64,000 nucleotides of DNA from Magallana gigas (taxonomy: Eukaryota): positions 21,638,001 through 21,702,000 of the forward strand of contig NC_088860.1 in NCBI RefSeq assembly GCF_963853765.1, read 5' to 3'. This document shows positions 60,773-64,000 of this stretch, piece after piece (the stretch's first letter is position 1; each line of letters opens with the position of its first letter). The notes beneath the pieces are model-generated. The model was not told the DNA's origin. It worked only from the letters and a program-made list of their open reading frames with translations, and did no database searches. The position numbers and the translations under genes were made by a program.

Positions 60773-62200
60773 ATGTTTGTGGCATTGAGAAAACTCAGTC
60801 ACAGTAAGGAGAAATGCTGACCTTAGATAGCAACAAGGGGAAATTTTTAACTTGACTTCAAGGTTACCAAGCTCGAGTTACAGTATAAGTACGTATGTCC
60901 CTAGCTGAATCTTTGGCTAGACGAGGTTTAAAATCGGGTATCGAGAGAAAGGGAAAAATGAAGAAAAATATTTGTCAACACCTAAATATTTATGGAGGGA
61001 CGTCGTGCCCTATCACTACCTTTGGTTAAGAGACTGGACAATAATATATTTTTTTCTTATTCACGTTTATATATACACAATTAAGTTGACAGACTTGTCT
61101 CACCTTTGCACAGTAAGGTTTTGTTATATAGGTTAAGGTGCTTTGCCATTTTCATTCTACTACACCACCTAACCCGATCAATGACCGCGCGGCTGGAATA
61201 GGGTAAAATTGACACAAAAAAGTTAGAGACAACTCAGTTGGGATGTCCTTAATTAATATGCTGATTCCATAAGTACAGCATATACATTTTTTTTTCGATT
61301 TATGGGCCCAAGAGTTCAATAGCCTAGCATAGAATATAAAATAATAGAAAAAAAAAAACATGACCACTCCTTTATGGGTTACATCTAAACGATCCTTGTA
61401 AATTTTTTCAAAAATGCTGAGTCGTCAAAAGGTATTCATTAGAATCACAATTTTAAAGTGTCAGTGACCTAGCTCAAAGAATACACGTATGACCACTTGG
61501 TCTGGGCCACACTATGTCAAAAAGTAGTGAAACGATGGCTCTCCTGGTCGGGTAAACAACGGTATTGGATTACATACGAAGGTTAAGATTTAAGAAGCCG
61601 AGCTGTTGTTGTTTTTCTCAGTCTCGGGTACATTATATTTGAATGGTCGACGGATCAAATTTCACGTTGTTTACAGCATGGGATCTGGTGAGATCAGGCT
61701 TGAGGATTCCGGTTCTAGAAAACTCTTATAGAAGCAGTGTTGGCAGCAGATAGTACACGTACTTCGTCTTATTTTCTGTATTTTTTGAAGAACGAGCTAA
61801 AAATTATCAACATTTGAACTTTTGAGATCTCGTACTTACAAGGTACCATTTTGCCGAGGTAAGAAACGATAAAGGTACAACTGATTTTTTTTTGTGTGTT
61901 CCATTTTGCTGTCCCAAAGAATTATTCGAAAAGATAATTTTGTTTGTCAAAAGATGTTTACATCTTCGATTGACATCATGCTTTTGAAATGATTACCAGC
62001 CGATTTTAGTTTATATAATCTATAATTTAAGGGCACGAACCGTTCAAAAAGCAAACACAGCTCATAACGATTGCCCACAGTCATTCTTCTCCCTCAGAGC
62101 TTTGGTAAACGCGAGAAAGAGAAAGACAATGGTTACAAGAGTTCACGTTCAATAATCGAAGCATTGTGTTTTTACAGAATTAATATTTGAGGCGTTGAAA

Positions 62201-63964
62201 ATGGAACTCCAACACAGAAGATTCTCCTGTATGACCGAACAAGGTAGGTAGTTTTTATATCTTTTAGGAGAAAAGGGGAAAAAATTGTTGTTGATGCTGG
62301 ATGGTCTACAACAAAATATCTGCCTCAAAACTTAAAATATGATATTTAAATTTGGCCAGAAACATTACTAATCTTTTTAGAAAAGAAAAATATTTTAGAT
62401 TTAAAATTTGTACATTTTCTATATCGTAATACAGAGCTCTTCATCTGATGGAGATAAGTAAAGTCTTAATATGGCCACAACCACTGAGCCGTCTTAAAAC
62501 CCCACGCACGCCGAATTGTAATCCTCTCAGACCGGAGTTCAGTTAATTTTTACTCATTCATAGGCCTACAATGAATATAATTTAATTAGCACCGATATAG
62601 ACTCAATGCTGTGAGACTGACACCAAGCCAGTTTGTTTAACTGGTAAAGGTTGGATTTTAAATTTCTTATGACAATACAATTATCAACACCATATAATAA
62701 GCGGCTCAACCCGGATGGATGTGGTAATGGTACTTCACCACATATAAAGATATAGTAAAAGTATACTTCCGATCGTAAAATAAGATTATTATTATTTTAA
62801 AAAAGATTTTAAACTTAATATCCAATCGTTTGATTTGTTAAAAACGCCTTTTTTGCAAAGAATGTGATGTAACCCAATTGTTCTGCAAGCCTGATTTGCC
62901 CGCTGAGAGTACGCTTTAAGAAAAGCCAAGCTAAACAACCAATAATTAAAAGGAAAAGTTTTGAAGTACAAGCACTGCTCAAGTTTTGTTCGATCCATGG
63001 GATGTCTGTTATCGCTTTCCCTTTGTTTGCAAACACTAAGGCGGTGCCATGTAATGATTAAGGTAAAACGATGGGAATTGTTGAGGGGATTATTTCTGGA
63101 AGGAAGGGTGAAAGGACTTGTTGTGATTCCAACTATATAGCGGTTATCGCAAGATAAACGAGGGGAAAAAAGAACCCACGGGCAAGACAGGAGCCATAGA
63201 ATTTCAAATAGAATTTTGGCAAGGGTAGGGGCAAATATTTTTTAGAGTTTGTCGTTTTTATCAGTGAGAAGAAATATAGCAGAGGGTATGTTAATTTAAT
63301 AGAAATAACACAACGTGTTTCTGTTACGATATGTAGTATATAATTAGACGAGACGGATGCAATAAGAAGGCGGTAAGTCGCATCATTGTGGAAGCTATTA
63401 TATGTATTGCGGGTAACTATACAGTCACTAGTTGACGTACTTTTAAAGGATGTCTTGAGATGAATATGGGCCTATTTATTCATTAGAGGCAATTATTTAA
63501 TTAATGCATACAGAGTTGAGTCAGGGTGTATTTAGAGCTTTTAAGCGTAGGATACAGTGAACTTTATCTTTTTTTTGTCTTTTGTTTTTCAGAACACAAT
63601 TTGTTTGAATTAAGAGAGAAAATGAGCGCGTTGATGAAAAGCGCTTCAACGGAAGAAATCATCAATGAACAAACATCGCCATCGCAGAGGAAAATTGGAA
63701 TCATTGGTCGGATGAAAAAGAAGCTTGCAATAAGCTCCAGGCCAAACAGTTCCCAGTCATGCTCGTCGCTAGAGAGCAATGTCGACGCCCTCAGCATCTC
63801 CCCGTGCGAACACGAGCTGGAACTGTCGTCTGACAGCTCAAGCGAAGAGGAGGAGGACCACCCCCACAGGACAGTACCCCGAACCTGCCACATAAATGCT
63901 GTGTTCACATTCGATAACGATTCTTACCCTCGGGCAAATTTGATGCAGATATACGGATGTGAAG
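62201..63964 (+). CDS. Unidentified protein, N-terminal part (continues beyond window)
   Basis: Exon 62201-62243 (MELQHRRFSCMTEQ, donor G|GTAGGT, phase 1) joins in frame to exon 63593-63964 (long pyrimidine tract plus AG; 372 nt open; donor G|GTAAGC). Product continues EHNLFELREKMSALMKSASTEE...SSDSSSEEEEDHPHRTVPRTCHINAVFTFDNDSYPRANLMQIYGCE. No family recognised. Confidence 0.65.
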
Positions 63965-64000
63965 GTAAGCAGAAAGGATGCTTCAAGGACGCGACTGATG

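Noticed and set aside
63564-63908. 114-aa minus-strand ORF
   Set aside because: Antisense shadow of the plus-strand exon 63593-63964, which has the splice signals.

Overview
AT-rich, intron-dense animal genomic DNA, most likely an oyster (Crassostrea/Magallana-type bivalve; inferred from composition and repeat architecture, not proven). I spliced eight protein-coding genes by hand: the 3' part of DNAAF9/C20orf194 (+), a complete 39-exon DNA polymerase alpha catalytic subunit POLA1 (+), a beta-tubulin (-), fucose mutarotase FUOM (+), syntaxin-18 (-) head-to-head with TM2D2 (+), centractin/Arp1 ACTR1 (-), and the 5' part of an unidentified gene (+) that runs off the window. All modelled introns are GT-AG and the reading frames close. 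Introns and intergenic gaps hold many non-autonomous DNA elements: Helentron-type elements carrying satellite-like 146-bp and ~166-bp arrays, TA-flanked MITEs, a hAT MITE nested in another MITE, an 87-bp fold-back, and two ~140-bp hairpin elements sharing a loop motif. I found no rRNA, tRNA, CRISPR array or intact transposase, and no novel multi-gene system that I can support. The best leads are the hairpin elements with a conserved GCGAAGC-type loop, an Arg-for-Gly codon at an Arp1 splice junction, a sharp GC3 step in beta-tubulin, and apparent ancestral linkage of the genes. Exon coordinates were counted by eye and may be off by a base or two. Comparisons to human sequences and loci are from memory.
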